64,000 nt of DNA, from positions 480,001-544,000 of the forward strand of contig OZ245033.1 in the NCBI GenBank assembly GCA_965224025.1, in the 5' to 3' direction. A program made the translations under genes and the position numbers. The notes under the pieces were generated by a model, which did not search any database, was not told the DNA's origin, and saw only the letters and a list, made by a program, of their open reading frames with translations. The DNA comes from Candidatus Multivorans sp. Its GTDB lineage: Bacteria > Acidobacteriota > Thermoanaerobaculia > Multivoradales > Multivoraceae. The first letter of the stretch is position 1; every line of letters starts with the position of its first letter. This document shows positions 39,460 through 48,984 of this stretch, piece after piece.

Positions 39460-40976
39460 TAGTCCCATACGAAGATGAGCCTCAACGGCGGTTGATCGGG
39501 AGTTGAGCCGGGAGAGTGGGTCGGGCCGGTTTTCTGGTTGCTGATCGGAGCAAAGCGGAGATCAGCACCAAGGACCAACCGTAGCGCGGGGACCGCGAGG
39601 CTGCGGCCAAGTGTAGTGAGAGAGATGGATGAGCTGCTCATGCGACGGTGGCATCGCGGCGTCGGATTTCGGCGAAGAGCGCGACCAGCGCCTCGTTGAC
39701 GGTGGCCGCGGCGGCGAGGTCGTCGAGTGCCAGGGCCTCCTGGTCGAGCTGCTCGAAGGTGACGCCGGGCCGGAGGTACCGGGCAGCGCCGTCGAGCGAC
39801 TTCAGCTTGAGGTAGGGCGTGGTGACGTTGTCGAAGGGGTAGGTTTGCGGATGCGTCCCTTGGCGTTGGTCTTCTCGACGGGGAAGTGGCAGGGCCGGTG
39901 GTAGTTGAGGAAGGGAGCGAGCACGTCGCGCAGGAAGCCGTTGACGAGGGCGGCGTGTGCCGGGGGATGTGGTCGTAGCCGAGGTAGCGCCGGACCACCG
40001 AGGCATTCTTGCTTTCGACCAGGGCGTTGTCGTTGCAGCGTCTCGGGCGGGTCCTGGTGACTCCTCGACGTGCGGCTTGCGCAGCAGCGCGGCCACGCGG
40101 TGGTTGACGTACTCGGAGCCGTTGTCGGCGTGGAAGCCACAGACGACGAAGGGAAAAGCCTCGATCGACCCTTCGAGATCCGGGACCAGGAAACGCTCCG
40201 AAATGCCTTCTACGGCGGCCACAAACTCGTACTGCGTGACCTCGTCCACGAGGTTGATCTCGTACAGACCCTTCTGCCCGTCGAGGTCGCCCTGATGGAC
40301 GGAATCCACCCGCAGGAAGCCCGGGCGACCGGCGGGATGAGGCTTGCGGCGCTCTCCGATGCTCACCTGCGTCGGCCGCGTCCTGGCCACCGTCAGCCGG
40401 CGCCGTCGGTACGTCACGGACTGGCGGAGACGGTACAGATGGCTGTTGGAGAGCCCCGACAGACGCTCGAACCGAGCATCGCCGAAGACCTCGTACTGAC
40501 GCTGCATCAGGCGCCGCGTCACCGCGCCGCACAGACCGCCCAGGGTCTCGTCCACCTCCGCCAGCAAGCCGATGTCCGCTTTCGTGTAGCGCCGGGGAAA
40601 CGGGCGCTTCGGGCCTCGGCGCCGGTCTTCGATCCGCCCCGTCTCCCGGTACTGAGAGATCAACCGCGCGATCTGAGCCCGGCCGAAGCCGGTCACCTTG
40701 ACCAGGAACCGCCGCACCAGGCCCTTGTCCGACCGCGCCAGCCGCAGGTAGCGCGAACGCACCAGTACACGCCGGACAAAGTCATACGCATGAACCCGCT
40801 CCACGAAGCGGAAGTCGACCGGCTCGCTGCCGGCCATGAAGTCGCGGACCTCGTCCAGCGTCCGCAGCCTTTCGATGTCGAGTCGCAAGATCATCCTCCA
40901 ATGATCCCCAACACCCGCTCAGGCTCATCTCTCGTGGGATTGACATCCTCCCTTCAGGCTCATCTCTCATGGGACA
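39460..40976 (-). mobile_element. Degenerate IS with rve-type DDE transposase (39638-40894; IS481/ISNCY-like, family not certain)
   Basis: RVDSVHQ, HADNGSEY and NDNALVESKN split by three 1-nt deletions (~40059, ~39957, ~39845); inverted ends GTCCCAT..AGATGAGCCT, internally repeated at 40919-40976. Confidence 0.85.
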
Positions 40977-41028
40977 TGGCTCACTGGATCCTAGCGTTGA
41001 GGAATACGATAAGGTAGTCCGCACCCAC

Positions 41029-41060
41029 AACCGGAGGTCCTCCATAACCGGAGGTCCTCC
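41029..41060. repeat. Direct repeat AACCGGAGGTCCTCC x2 (17-bp period)
   Basis: Copies at 41029-41043 and 41046-41060, just before ORF 41064. Confidence 0.75.
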
Positions 41061-41063
41061 TAA

Positions 41064-41459
41064 GTGAGGAAAGACAGTTGGTTTCGCGGGCCGTTTCTGA
41101 GCGTGCTCTTCTTTGCGCTGCTGATCGGTCCGATGCCGGCGCTCGGGGACTTCGTACCGCCCAACCTCGGCGAGATGGAGAGGATCATTCAGGACGCAAT
41201 CAAGGCTGCACTCCGGAATGCCGCCAGAGACGTGGGTGACACGGCGGAAAGTGTCTGCGCATCGTTGAGGAGGGAGAATCGAGTCGTTTCGGGCGTGCGC
41301 GCCGCGGTCTTCTTCATGGCCATCGCGTACATCGTCTTGGAGGAACTTGAGGAGGATCCCGACAGGAAAGCCCAGATGCGGGCCTTCCTGGCTGTCGTCG
41401 CGGCGAGCGATCTGACCTACGATGCACTAGATGATCTGTGCATTGCCATGGGGTTCTGA
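41064..41459 (+). CDS. Hypothetical secreted helical protein
   Basis: Signal peptide ending PALG/D, a hydrophobic helical hairpin and two Cys. Confidence 0.65.
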   Translation: MRKDSWFRGPFLSVLFFALLIGPMPALGDFVPPNLGEMERIIQDAIKAALRNAARDVGDTAESVCASLRRENRVVSGVRAAVFFMAIAYIVLEELEEDPDRKAQMRAFLAVVAASDLTYDALDDLCIAMGF

Positions 41460-41465
41460 GCCGCA

Positions 41466-41669
41466 GTGCGGTTGGTTTGGTTCCGGGCGGCTTCCTCGAT
41501 CTTCCTGGTCGTACTCTTGGTGAAGTTCGTTCCTTGGAACGTGGTCACCGTGCTGACCGTTTGGGCGCCTGGCCTTCTTGTGGCCTATGGTTACTGGCCT
41601 TGGAAGCCGGGAGCGGGAAGTCCGCTCGCGCCCGCAGAGAGCCGCAGGAGACACGAGACAGAGGAGTGA
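41466..41669 (+). CDS. Small two-TM membrane protein
   Basis: Two hydrophobic segments; starts 6 bp after the previous stop. Confidence 0.5.
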   Translation: MRLVWFRAASSIFLVVLLVKFVPWNVVTVLTVWAPGLLVAYGYWPWKPGAGSPLAPAESRRRHETEE

Positions 41670-41682
41670 GCGCAGCCCTCTC

Positions 41683-42322
41683 TGCCAACGTACATGACAC
41701 AGCGGCCATCCCGTTGAATAGTGGAGGGCACACGTTGGCAAGGAGGATCAATGTCAAGACGAAAGCAGAGGTTTGGCGGCGGCTCGGAGCTCCCGGCCGC
41801 GGGGGTTGAGGAGCGTAGCGACGAGGCCCCCCCGGCCGGCGCGGCGCCCGCCGGGGCGGTTCCCGACCCGGAAGTGCTGGCGAGACCGACCAGGCGGCAG
41901 TTCACGGCGGAGTACCGGCTGCGGATTCTGGAGGCAGCGGACCGATGCACCCACCGCGGCGAGGTGGGTCGGCTGCTTCGGCGAGAGGGTCTGTACAGCT
42001 CCCATCTGGCCAACTGGCGCAAGGCGCGTCGAGAGGGCGCGCTATCCGGTCTGAGTCCGAAGAAGCGGGGCCGCAAGCCGGCCGAGGCCAACCCTCTGAC
42101 GCCGAAGGTGAAGCGGCTGGAGGCGAAGGTGAAGCGGCTGGAGAAGGAACTCGCCGCCGCACACACGATCCTGGACGTCCAGGGAAAAGTTGCAGGGCTG
42201 CTGGGATTCAGCCTCGAAGACGGGAAGGACTGCTGATGGCGGCAAGGTCCCTGGCCCGGCAGGTGGAGACTGCAGAGACGACTCACTAAATCCAGAACAC
42301 CGCTGTGTCAAAGTCGTTGACA
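41683..42322 (+). mobile_element. Internally deleted IS3-family element (orfA 41751-42236 intact, orfB/DDE missing)
   Basis: Inverted repeats TGCCAACGTACATGACACAGCGG and TGTCAACGACTTTGACACAGCGG; RRQFTAEYRLRIL..LLRREGLYSSHLANWR. Confidence 0.88.
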
Positions 42323-42562
42323 GGTTCCGGCAGGCTCTGGCCTTTGGCTTGGCTGCTGACGGAATCGAGCCGACTGAGGTCGGAGCGGGATGCTGCGAAG
42401 GCGATCTGCTGAGTCTCTGGCGCTTGCCGTCCCGTGGTCCGGAATCCGGCAGCGGGACCCCTTTGTTCACCGGCGGCTCCCGATAGTGCCTTACTGCTTG
42501 GCGACTGCCTGGCAGGAGTGTCCCGTGCAGGCGCAGCGATCCAAGCTAAGCTTCCGCCACCC

Positions 42563-45500
42563 ATGTGCGGGATCGTCGGCATCCTGATGCGCCCCCACCC
42601 CGGGCCGGCGACCTGTTCGCGGAGACTGCTGGAGGGGCTCACCGCGACCGGTCGCCGCGTAGAGGCAGCTATTGGCGACCTGGATGGGACCGATGCGGAT
42701 GCGCTCGCGTCGGCTCTGACCGATGCCGCCTCGGGGATCGCGAGCTGGAACCGGCGGCTGCGCGCCCGTGCCGCGGTGCGCTCCCTGGTGCGGGACCCGC
42801 CGCTGTGCGCCGCGGTAGAGGACGCCCTGGGGCCGACCTTCAAGGCACTCAAGAGGCTGGAGTCGACCCTGGACGCCGGCGGGGCGGCGGTCGGCGACGC
42901 GGGCCTGGAAGTGGTCAACCGGGCGGCGGGCGCCCTGGCGGACGCCGAGTGGGCGATCCGCCGCGACCGGCTGCGGACTGCCGCCGAGGTCGGTGCTCTG
43001 GCGCCGGCCGGCGTCAGCGACGCGGGGCTCGACGTGCTGATCGGCGTCCAGCACGCCCTCTCGTCTCTCGATCGCCTCGAGATCCGCGGTCGCGACTCCG
43101 CCGGCCTGTTCCTGCTGCTCTCGGGACACGGCCTCGACCCGGCCCATCCGGTGGTCCAGGCGGAACTCGAACGGCGGACCGGGGATTCGCTGTTCGGCCA
43201 TCGGGCGATCGTCTACGGCGGCGGACGCCTGAGCCTGATCTACAAGTGCGCCGAGGAGATCGGCGAACTGGGCGACAACGTGCGCTTCCTGCGCGCGGCG
43301 GTGGCGGACGATCCGGTCCTGGCGGCGGCGCTCGAGAGTCCGGATGTCGAGGCGGCCATCCTCGGGCACACGCGTTGGGCCAGCGTCGGCCGGGTCAACG
43401 AGGCGAACGCGCATCCCTTGAACGAGGCGGAGGCGAGTGCCGGCGAAGCACGCTCGGAGCACGCGCCGCAGGTGGTGGCCGCGATCAACGGCGACATCGA
43501 CAACCACGCCGACTTGGCGGTGTTGGAGAAGCTGGACGTCGACCCGCGGATCACGACCGACGCGAAGGTCATGCCGGTACTGATGTCGCGCCGGCTGACC
43601 CGCGGCGACGGGCCGCTCGAGGCGTTCCGCGGCACGGTTTCGGGGTTCGAGGGTTCGCTGGCTGTGGGCGCGCTTTGCGGCGACGATCCGAACCGGCTCT
43701 ACCTGGCGATCCAGAGCAGCGGTCAGGGGCTCTATGTGGGACTCGCGGACCACGCCTTCGTAGTCGCCAGCGAGCCGTACGGTTTGGTGGAGGAGACCTC
43801 CACGTATCTGCGTCTGGACGGCGAGGCGGCGGCCGAACCCGACCGGCCGGGCGTCGCCAGGGGCCAGATCGCGGTGCTCGACGCGCGGCGGGCAGGCGAC
43901 CTGGAGGGTATCGAGCGCTACGGCATGGACGGCTCGCCGCTGCCGGTGGACGGAGAGGAGCTGGAGCGGGCCGAGATCACGACCCGCGACATCGACCGGG
44001 GCGAGTTCCCCCACTTTCTGCTCAAGGAGATCAGCGAGGCGCCGCGATCGGTGCGGAAGACGCTGCGCGGCAAGTTGCTCGAGGATGCTGCCGGACGCCT
44101 CCGGGTGACGTTGGGCCGGCAATCGATACCGGAGGCCGTGGCGCGCGACCTGGGAAGCGGCGCGACTACCAGGATCGTGATCACCGGCCAGGGCACGGCC
44201 GCCGTCGCCGGTTTGGGGATAGCCGCCTCGATCGAGGGGCGGCTGCGGGAGCGGAATCTCCGCGGGCTTCGCGTCGAGGCGATGCCGGCGACGGAACTCT
44301 CGGGCTTCCACCTGCTGCCGGACATGACGGACACCCTGGTCGTCGCGGTCAGTCAGTCGGGCACGACGACGGACACGCTGCGCACTCTCAATCTGACGCA
44401 GCGCCGGGGGTCGCGGGCCATCGCCATCGTCAACCGCCGCGACTCGGACCTGGCGGACCGGGCGGACGGCGTGCTCTACACCTCGGACGGCCGCGACGTG
44501 GAGATGAGCGTGGCGTCGACCAAGGCGTTCTACTCCCAGATCGCGGCCGGCATGCTGCTCGCCGTGACGATCGCCGACTTCGTTGCGGGCGGGACCGACG
44601 AGCGGCCCGCGGCCGACCGGCTGCTGCGCGAGCTGCGGGCGTTGCCGGCGGCGATGGAGCGCACCGTCGCGCTGCGCGACGAGATCGCCGCGGCGGCGCG
44701 GCGGTACGCGCCGAGGTTGCGGGACTGGTCGGTGGTCGGCAACGGCCTCGACCGCATCGCGGCGGAGGAGATCCGGATCAAGCTCTCGGAACTCTGCTAC
44801 AAGGCGATCGCCTGCGACGCGACGGAGGACAAGAAGCACATCGACCTGTCGTCCGAACCGTTGATCCTGGTGTGTGCGACGGGAGTCCAGGGGTCGACCG
44901 CGGCCGACACGAGGAAGGAGATCGATGTCTACCAGGCTCATCGCGCGACGCCGATCGTCATCGCCTCGGAGGGCGCCGGCTTCCAGGCTGCGCCGGCGGT
45001 GATCGAAGTGCCCGAGGCCGCGCCGGAGTTGTCCTTCGTGCTGGCGACGGTCGTCGGTCACCTGTTCGGCTACCACGCGGCGCTCGCCATCGACGATCTC
45101 GCCAAGCCGCTGCGAGCGATCCGCGCCGCGCTCGGTTCGGTCTTGGGCGCCGCGCCGGGCTCCCGACCGGTCGCCCGGCTGCGTGAACTGGCGGCTGCCG
45201 AGATCGACGGGGTTCGTGAAGGTCTGGCCGACGGCAGCTACGACGGCAACCTGCACACCGGCAGGGCGGTGCGTCTGGCCGTGGCGCTCGACCGCCTGGG
45301 AGGCGACGGGTCCGCTGCCGGCGGCGAAGCCGAGACGGCGACGTTGCTGGAGGATCTGCGGAGCGCCCTGAGCCCGGCCATCGACGATCTGACCCGGCAC
45401 GTCGACACGATCAAGCACCAGGCCAAGACGGTGACCGTGGGCATCTCCCGCCACGACCAGACCCTGGGCCGGATGTCCCTGGCGACCGCCCTGCTCGAGG

Positions 45501-46114
45501 CCGGCGCGCCGGAGGAGGCGATTTCGTCCGAAGACCGTCGGACGATGGGCGCGCTCGATCCCTTCGTCGACCAGGTGCTCGGGTACGTTCGCTACCAGCT
45601 CTGGTGCGGAGGCGACGGTCCGGCGCCCGGCGACGCCGCCACGATCCGCGTGCTGCGGGCCGGCGGCCTGTGCCGCGATCTGCAGTCGCGGACCGTGCGG
45701 GAGCCGCTGCTCCAGGGCACGAAGTACGCGGTCGCGGTCGAGGGCCGGTTGATGGCGGCGCGGGGGCGGACGGATGGCCGGGTGTTCATCGGCGTGCCCG
45801 AGTTCAGCGACGGCGAAGTCTCGGCGCTCAACCTGATCCACGTGCGCTTCCGGGAGCGCGCGCCGGCGCCCGAGCTGCGCCGCCTGCTCTCCGGCTACCG
45901 CGAGCGCTACGCCGGCCTGCGCGACCAGGTGCTCAAGAGCGCGCCGGAGTTCGACGACCGGCTGCTGGCGGAACTTCCGGTCGAGGACCTCCTCATCGAC
46001 CCCGTGTCCCAGCTAGCGGAGCGTTGGCAAAGCCCGGGGAACGCGGGCGTCTCGCCCGCATCCGGCGCGGGCCGAGGCCACGACCCGGCCCTGCTCAAGG
46101 TGGGACAGCCGTGA
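42563..46114 (+). CDS. glmS: Enlarged GlmS-like glutamine amidotransferase/SIS protein (1183 aa)
   Basis: MCGI start, LEIRGRDSAG, GHTRWAS, NAHP, NGDIDN, SQSGTT.DT, VASTKAF, KHQAKTVTVG. Confidence 0.8.
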   Translation: MCGIVGILMRPHPGPATCSRRLLEGLTATGRRVEAAIGDLDGTDADALASALTDAASGIASWNRRLRARAAVRSLVRDPPLCAAVEDALGPTFKALKRLESTLDAGGAAVGDAGLEVVNRAAGALADAEWAIRRDRLRTAAEVGALAPAGVSDAGLDVLIGVQHALSSLDRLEIRGRDSAGLFLLLSGHGLDPAHPVVQAELERRTGDSLFGHRAIVYGGGRLSLIYKCAEEIGELGDNVRFLRAAVADDPVLAAALESPDVEAAILGHTRWASVGRVNEANAHPLNEAEASAGEARSEHAPQVVAAINGDIDNHADLAVLEKLDVDPRITTDAKVMPVLMSRRLTRGDGPLEAFRGTVSGFEGSLAVGALCGDDPNRLYLAIQSSGQGLYVGLADHAFVVASEPYGLVEETSTYLRLDGEAAAEPDRPGVARGQIAVLDARRAGDLEGIERYGMDGSPLPVDGEELERAEITTRDIDRGEFPHFLLKEISEAPRSVRKTLRGKLLEDAAGRLRVTLGRQSIPEAVARDLGSGATTRIVITGQGTAAVAGLGIAASIEGRLRERNLRGLRVEAMPATELSGFHLLPDMTDTLVVAVSQSGTTTDTLRTLNLTQRRGSRAIAIVNRRDSDLADRADGVLYTSDGRDVEMSVASTKAFYSQIAAGMLLAVTIADFVAGGTDERPAADRLLRELRALPAAMERTVALRDEIAAAARRYAPRLRDWSVVGNGLDRIAAEEIRIKLSELCYKAIACDATEDKKHIDLSSEPLILVCATGVQGSTAADTRKEIDVYQAHRATPIVIASEGAGFQAAPAVIEVPEAAPELSFVLATVVGHLFGYHAALAIDDLAKPLRAIRAALGSVLGAAPGSRPVARLRELAAAEIDGVREGLADGSYDGNLHTGRAVRLAVALDRLGGDGSAAGGEAETATLLEDLRSALSPAIDDLTRHVDTIKHQAKTVTVGISRHDQTLGRMSLATALLEAGAPEEAISSEDRRTMGALDPFVDQVLGYVRYQLWCGGDGPAPGDAATIRVLRAGGLCRDLQSRTVREPLLQGTKYAVAVEGRLMAARGRTDGRVFIGVPEFSDGEVSALNLIHVRFRERAPAPELRRLLSGYRERYAGLRDQVLKSAPEFDDRLLAELPVEDLLIDPVSQLAERWQSPGNAGVSPASGAGRGHDPALLKVGQP
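46034..46069 (-). repeat. REP-like copy embedded in the glmS-like 3' coding tail
   Basis: CCGGGGAACGCGGGCGTCTCGCCCGCATCCGGCGCG, translated as PGNAGVSPASGA. Confidence 0.8.
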
Positions 46115-47082
46115 GGATCCTGCTCACCGGCAGCGCCGGGTTCATCGGCTTCCACGTCGCCAGGGCTCTGCTCGACCGCGGCGACGAAGTGATCGGGTAC
46201 GACAGTTTCAACCGGTACTACGACCCCAGGCTCAAGGAGAGCCGCAACGCGATCCTCGAGGAGTACCCGAACTTCCGTCTGGTCCGCGCGGACATCGGCG
46301 ATCGCGAGACTCTCGAGGCCGCCTTCGACGGACTCGTCGGCGGTGCGAACGGCGACGAGACCCGGGTCTGCCACCTGGCGGCCCAGGCCGGGGTACGCCA
46401 CTCGATCGCGCATCCGAACGCATTCGTCCGCGACAACGTGCAGGCCTTCACGCACGTGCTCGATCTGTGCCGCAAGAGGGAGGTCGGCGGCCTGATCTAC
46501 GCTTCGAGCAGTTCGGTCTACGGCGACAGCACGCGGGAGCGGCTGAGCGAGAACGACAGCACCTCGGCTCAGTGCTCGCTCTACGGTGCGACGAAGAAGA
46601 TGAACGAGCTGATGGCCTCGGTGTACAACCACCTCTACGGCCTGCGGGTGACCGGTCTGCGCTTCTTCACCGTCTACGGCCCTTGGGGGCGTCCGGACAT
46701 GGCGCTGTTCCTGTTCACCGGCGCCCTGCTGCGCGGCGAGACGATCAAGGTCTTCGGCCACGGCCGGATGTACCGGGACTTCACCTACGTCGACGACATC
46801 GCCGCGGGCGTCGTCTCGGCGATCGACCGCAACCACGAACTTCTGGTCTGCAACCTCGCTGGGGGGCGGACCGAGGAACTGATGGCGTTCATCCGGCAGA
46901 TCGAATCGAGCTGCGGCCGCGAGGGCGAGAAGGAGTTCCTGCCCGTGCAGCCCGGCGATGTCGTTCGCACGTCCGCCGACCTAGCCACGGCCAGAGAGTT
47001 CCTGGGCTACGAACCGACGACAACGATCGACGTCGGCATTCCCCGTTTCGTCGACTGGTACCGCAGCTACTACGGCCTCTAG
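46111..47082 (+). CDS. UDP-glucuronate 4-epimerase-like NAD-dependent epimerase
   Basis: TGSAGFIG, HLAAQAGVR, YGATK, LRFFTVYGPWGRPDMA. Confidence 0.93.
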   Translation: MRILLTGSAGFIGFHVARALLDRGDEVIGYDSFNRYYDPRLKESRNAILEEYPNFRLVRADIGDRETLEAAFDGLVGGANGDETRVCHLAAQAGVRHSIAHPNAFVRDNVQAFTHVLDLCRKREVGGLIYASSSSVYGDSTRERLSENDSTSAQCSLYGATKKMNELMASVYNHLYGLRVTGLRFFTVYGPWGRPDMALFLFTGALLRGETIKVFGHGRMYRDFTYVDDIAAGVVSAIDRNHELLVCNLAGGRTEELMAFIRQIESSCGREGEKEFLPVQPGDVVRTSADLATAREFLGYEPTTTIDVGIPRFVDWYRSYYGL

Positions 47083-47142
47083 GAGTCGAGTCGCGGCGTC
47101 CGCGCCGCGCTGACGCACGGGAAACTTGTTCCATGCAAGGCG
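47079..47142 (+). repeat. Second repeat family, copy A (starts at the CTAG containing the stop codon)
   Basis: First 39 nt identical to 59360-59398, then GGAAAC..TGTTCCATGCAAG. Confidence 0.85.
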
Positions 47143-47171
47143 AAGCCTCGTTAGACCCACCTGCGGCGGCA

Positions 47172-47197
47172 GCGGGCCAGAAGGCCCGCGCACCCAG
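47172..47197 (+). repeat. REP-like variant
   Basis: GCGGGCCAGAAGGCCCGCGCACCCAG. Confidence 0.7.
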
Positions 47198-47491
47198 AGA
47201 TACGTCGGCGATGCCTCGCGTCGCTCTACGCAGTTGCAGCGCGGCGGCGAGCCGGGTGGCGCGATCCGCGCCGTGGCCGTGCTAGCTTCCGTCCCCCCAT
47301 GGATCGGACCCAAGCGACGCGGAACCTGACTTACGGCGCCATGCTGATGCGCGGCGCCCAGGGAGAGGTCCGTCCCGTCGGCCACCATCCGACGTCCTGA
47401 ACATCTGAGACCGGCGGACCTCTCCACTGCCGGAGAGGCCGTCGCCGATAACTCCTCCGGTACACGACCGTCCGGCACCGAGGAGCTCATC

Positions 47492-48916
47492 ATGAGCGAC
47501 AACCCGACTTCACCGTTTCTGGGCGAGGCAGGAGCGTACTACAGGAAATTGCTGCGGCCCGTCTTCGAGGACCGCAGGTTCGTGCTGCCCGGTGCGATCG
47601 CCGTCGGCCTCGGCAACGTGTCGCGCGAACTCCGCCGACTCGGCGCCGCGCGGCCCTTTCTGATCGCCGGCAGCCGGGGAACCGGCCCCGTACCGTCCCC
47701 GGAGGAGGCGGCGCTGCGAGTGCTCGACATTCGCGGCACGGACCCGCTGGACCACAACCGCAACGTGCAGCGGGCCCTGGCCGACCTGCCGTCCGCGGTG
47801 CAAGATGCGGTCGACGTTTGGGATCCGGAGGGCTCGGCGCGGACCCTGCACACGGACCCATTGGCCGAGCCTCGACCAGTTGCCGGACGAGGCGCCTATG
47901 CCGCGCGGCCCGCGGAGTCGATCGCCCTCGAAGACAAGGTCGTCATCGACGCCTTTTGGGACGCCGTCGGCGTACCGCGCGCACCGTCCCAGGTCGTTCC
48001 GGCCCAGTACAGAGCGCTTCGTGCCGCCGCCAGTGCCCTGGACCGCGGCTACGGCACCGTGTGGGCGGCGGACACCCGGAACGGTACAAACGCTGGGGCC
48101 GTCGGGCTGCGGTGGGTGCGTCCCGGCAACGACGGAAGGGAGGCCGCGGCGTCCCTGTTCCGGATTGCCGACCGCGTACGGGTCATGCCCTTTCTGGAGG
48201 GCATTCCCGCGAGCATCCACGGCATCGTGTTCCCGGACGCGGTCGCGGTCCTCCGGCCAGTCGAAATGCTTGTGCTCCGACCGACGGACGGCGACCGGCT
48301 GTTCTATGCCGGCTGCTCGACCTGGTTCGATCCGAACCCCGAGGACCGCGAAACGATGCGCGCACTCGCCCGCCGCACCGGCGCCGCGCTGCGCGAACAA
48401 GTCGGCTTCCGGGGCGGGTTCTCGATCGACGGCGTCCTTGCCGAAGAGGGGTTCCTGCCGACCGAACTCAACCCGCGGCCCGGGGCCGGTATCGCCACCT
48501 TGGCCGGCGCGCTCGACGACTTCCCGGTCATTTCGCTCTGCCTGGCCATCGCGGAAGGCGAACCGCTCGACTACCGGCCGGAACTCCTCGAACGCGCGGT
48601 GGTCCAGGCCGCCGACGCCCACCGCGTCTGCGGTGGCGGCAGAACGACACGCCGGACCCTCACCGACACCGGCAGGATCGATCTGGTGAGAGACGGCGAC
48701 GACTATCGCGAGGCCGCATCAGGGGAAGATCCCGAAGCCGCGATCCTGTTCGGACCCGGCCCGATCGGCGGGTTCCTGCGCTTCACGCTGAATCCCGACC
48801 GCAACGCACCAGGGCCACCCTCCGCACCGGAAGCCGCGCGAGCCTTCCAATTGGCGGATCGTCTGCTCGGCACCGACTTCGGGGTCCTCGAAGCCGCGCG
48901 CGATTTGAGGCCGTGA
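47492..48916 (+). CDS. Hypothetical protein, divergent ATP-grasp-like
   Basis: LEDK, VMPFLEG, GFRGGFSIDG, TELNPR. Confidence 0.6.
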   Translation: MSDNPTSPFLGEAGAYYRKLLRPVFEDRRFVLPGAIAVGLGNVSRELRRLGAARPFLIAGSRGTGPVPSPEEAALRVLDIRGTDPLDHNRNVQRALADLPSAVQDAVDVWDPEGSARTLHTDPLAEPRPVAGRGAYAARPAESIALEDKVVIDAFWDAVGVPRAPSQVVPAQYRALRAAASALDRGYGTVWAADTRNGTNAGAVGLRWVRPGNDGREAAASLFRIADRVRVMPFLEGIPASIHGIVFPDAVAVLRPVEMLVLRPTDGDRLFYAGCSTWFDPNPEDRETMRALARRTGAALREQVGFRGGFSIDGVLAEEGFLPTELNPRPGAGIATLAGALDDFPVISLCLAIAEGEPLDYRPELLERAVVQAADAHRVCGGGRTTRRTLTDTGRIDLVRDGDDYREAASGEDPEAAILFGPGPIGGFLRFTLNPDRNAPGPPSAPEAARAFQLADRLLGTDFGVLEAARDLRP

Positions 48917-48984
48917 CACCTGGTCCGGCCGCTCAACGGATACTCTTGGTTCCTGAGCCATCCGGCAGTTCGCGAGGAGAGGAA

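Noticed and set aside
42491-45841. Long antisense ORFs (also 23448-25355 and 54490-56418)
   Set aside because: These are stop-poor shadows expected opposite real genes in high-GC DNA, with no motifs.
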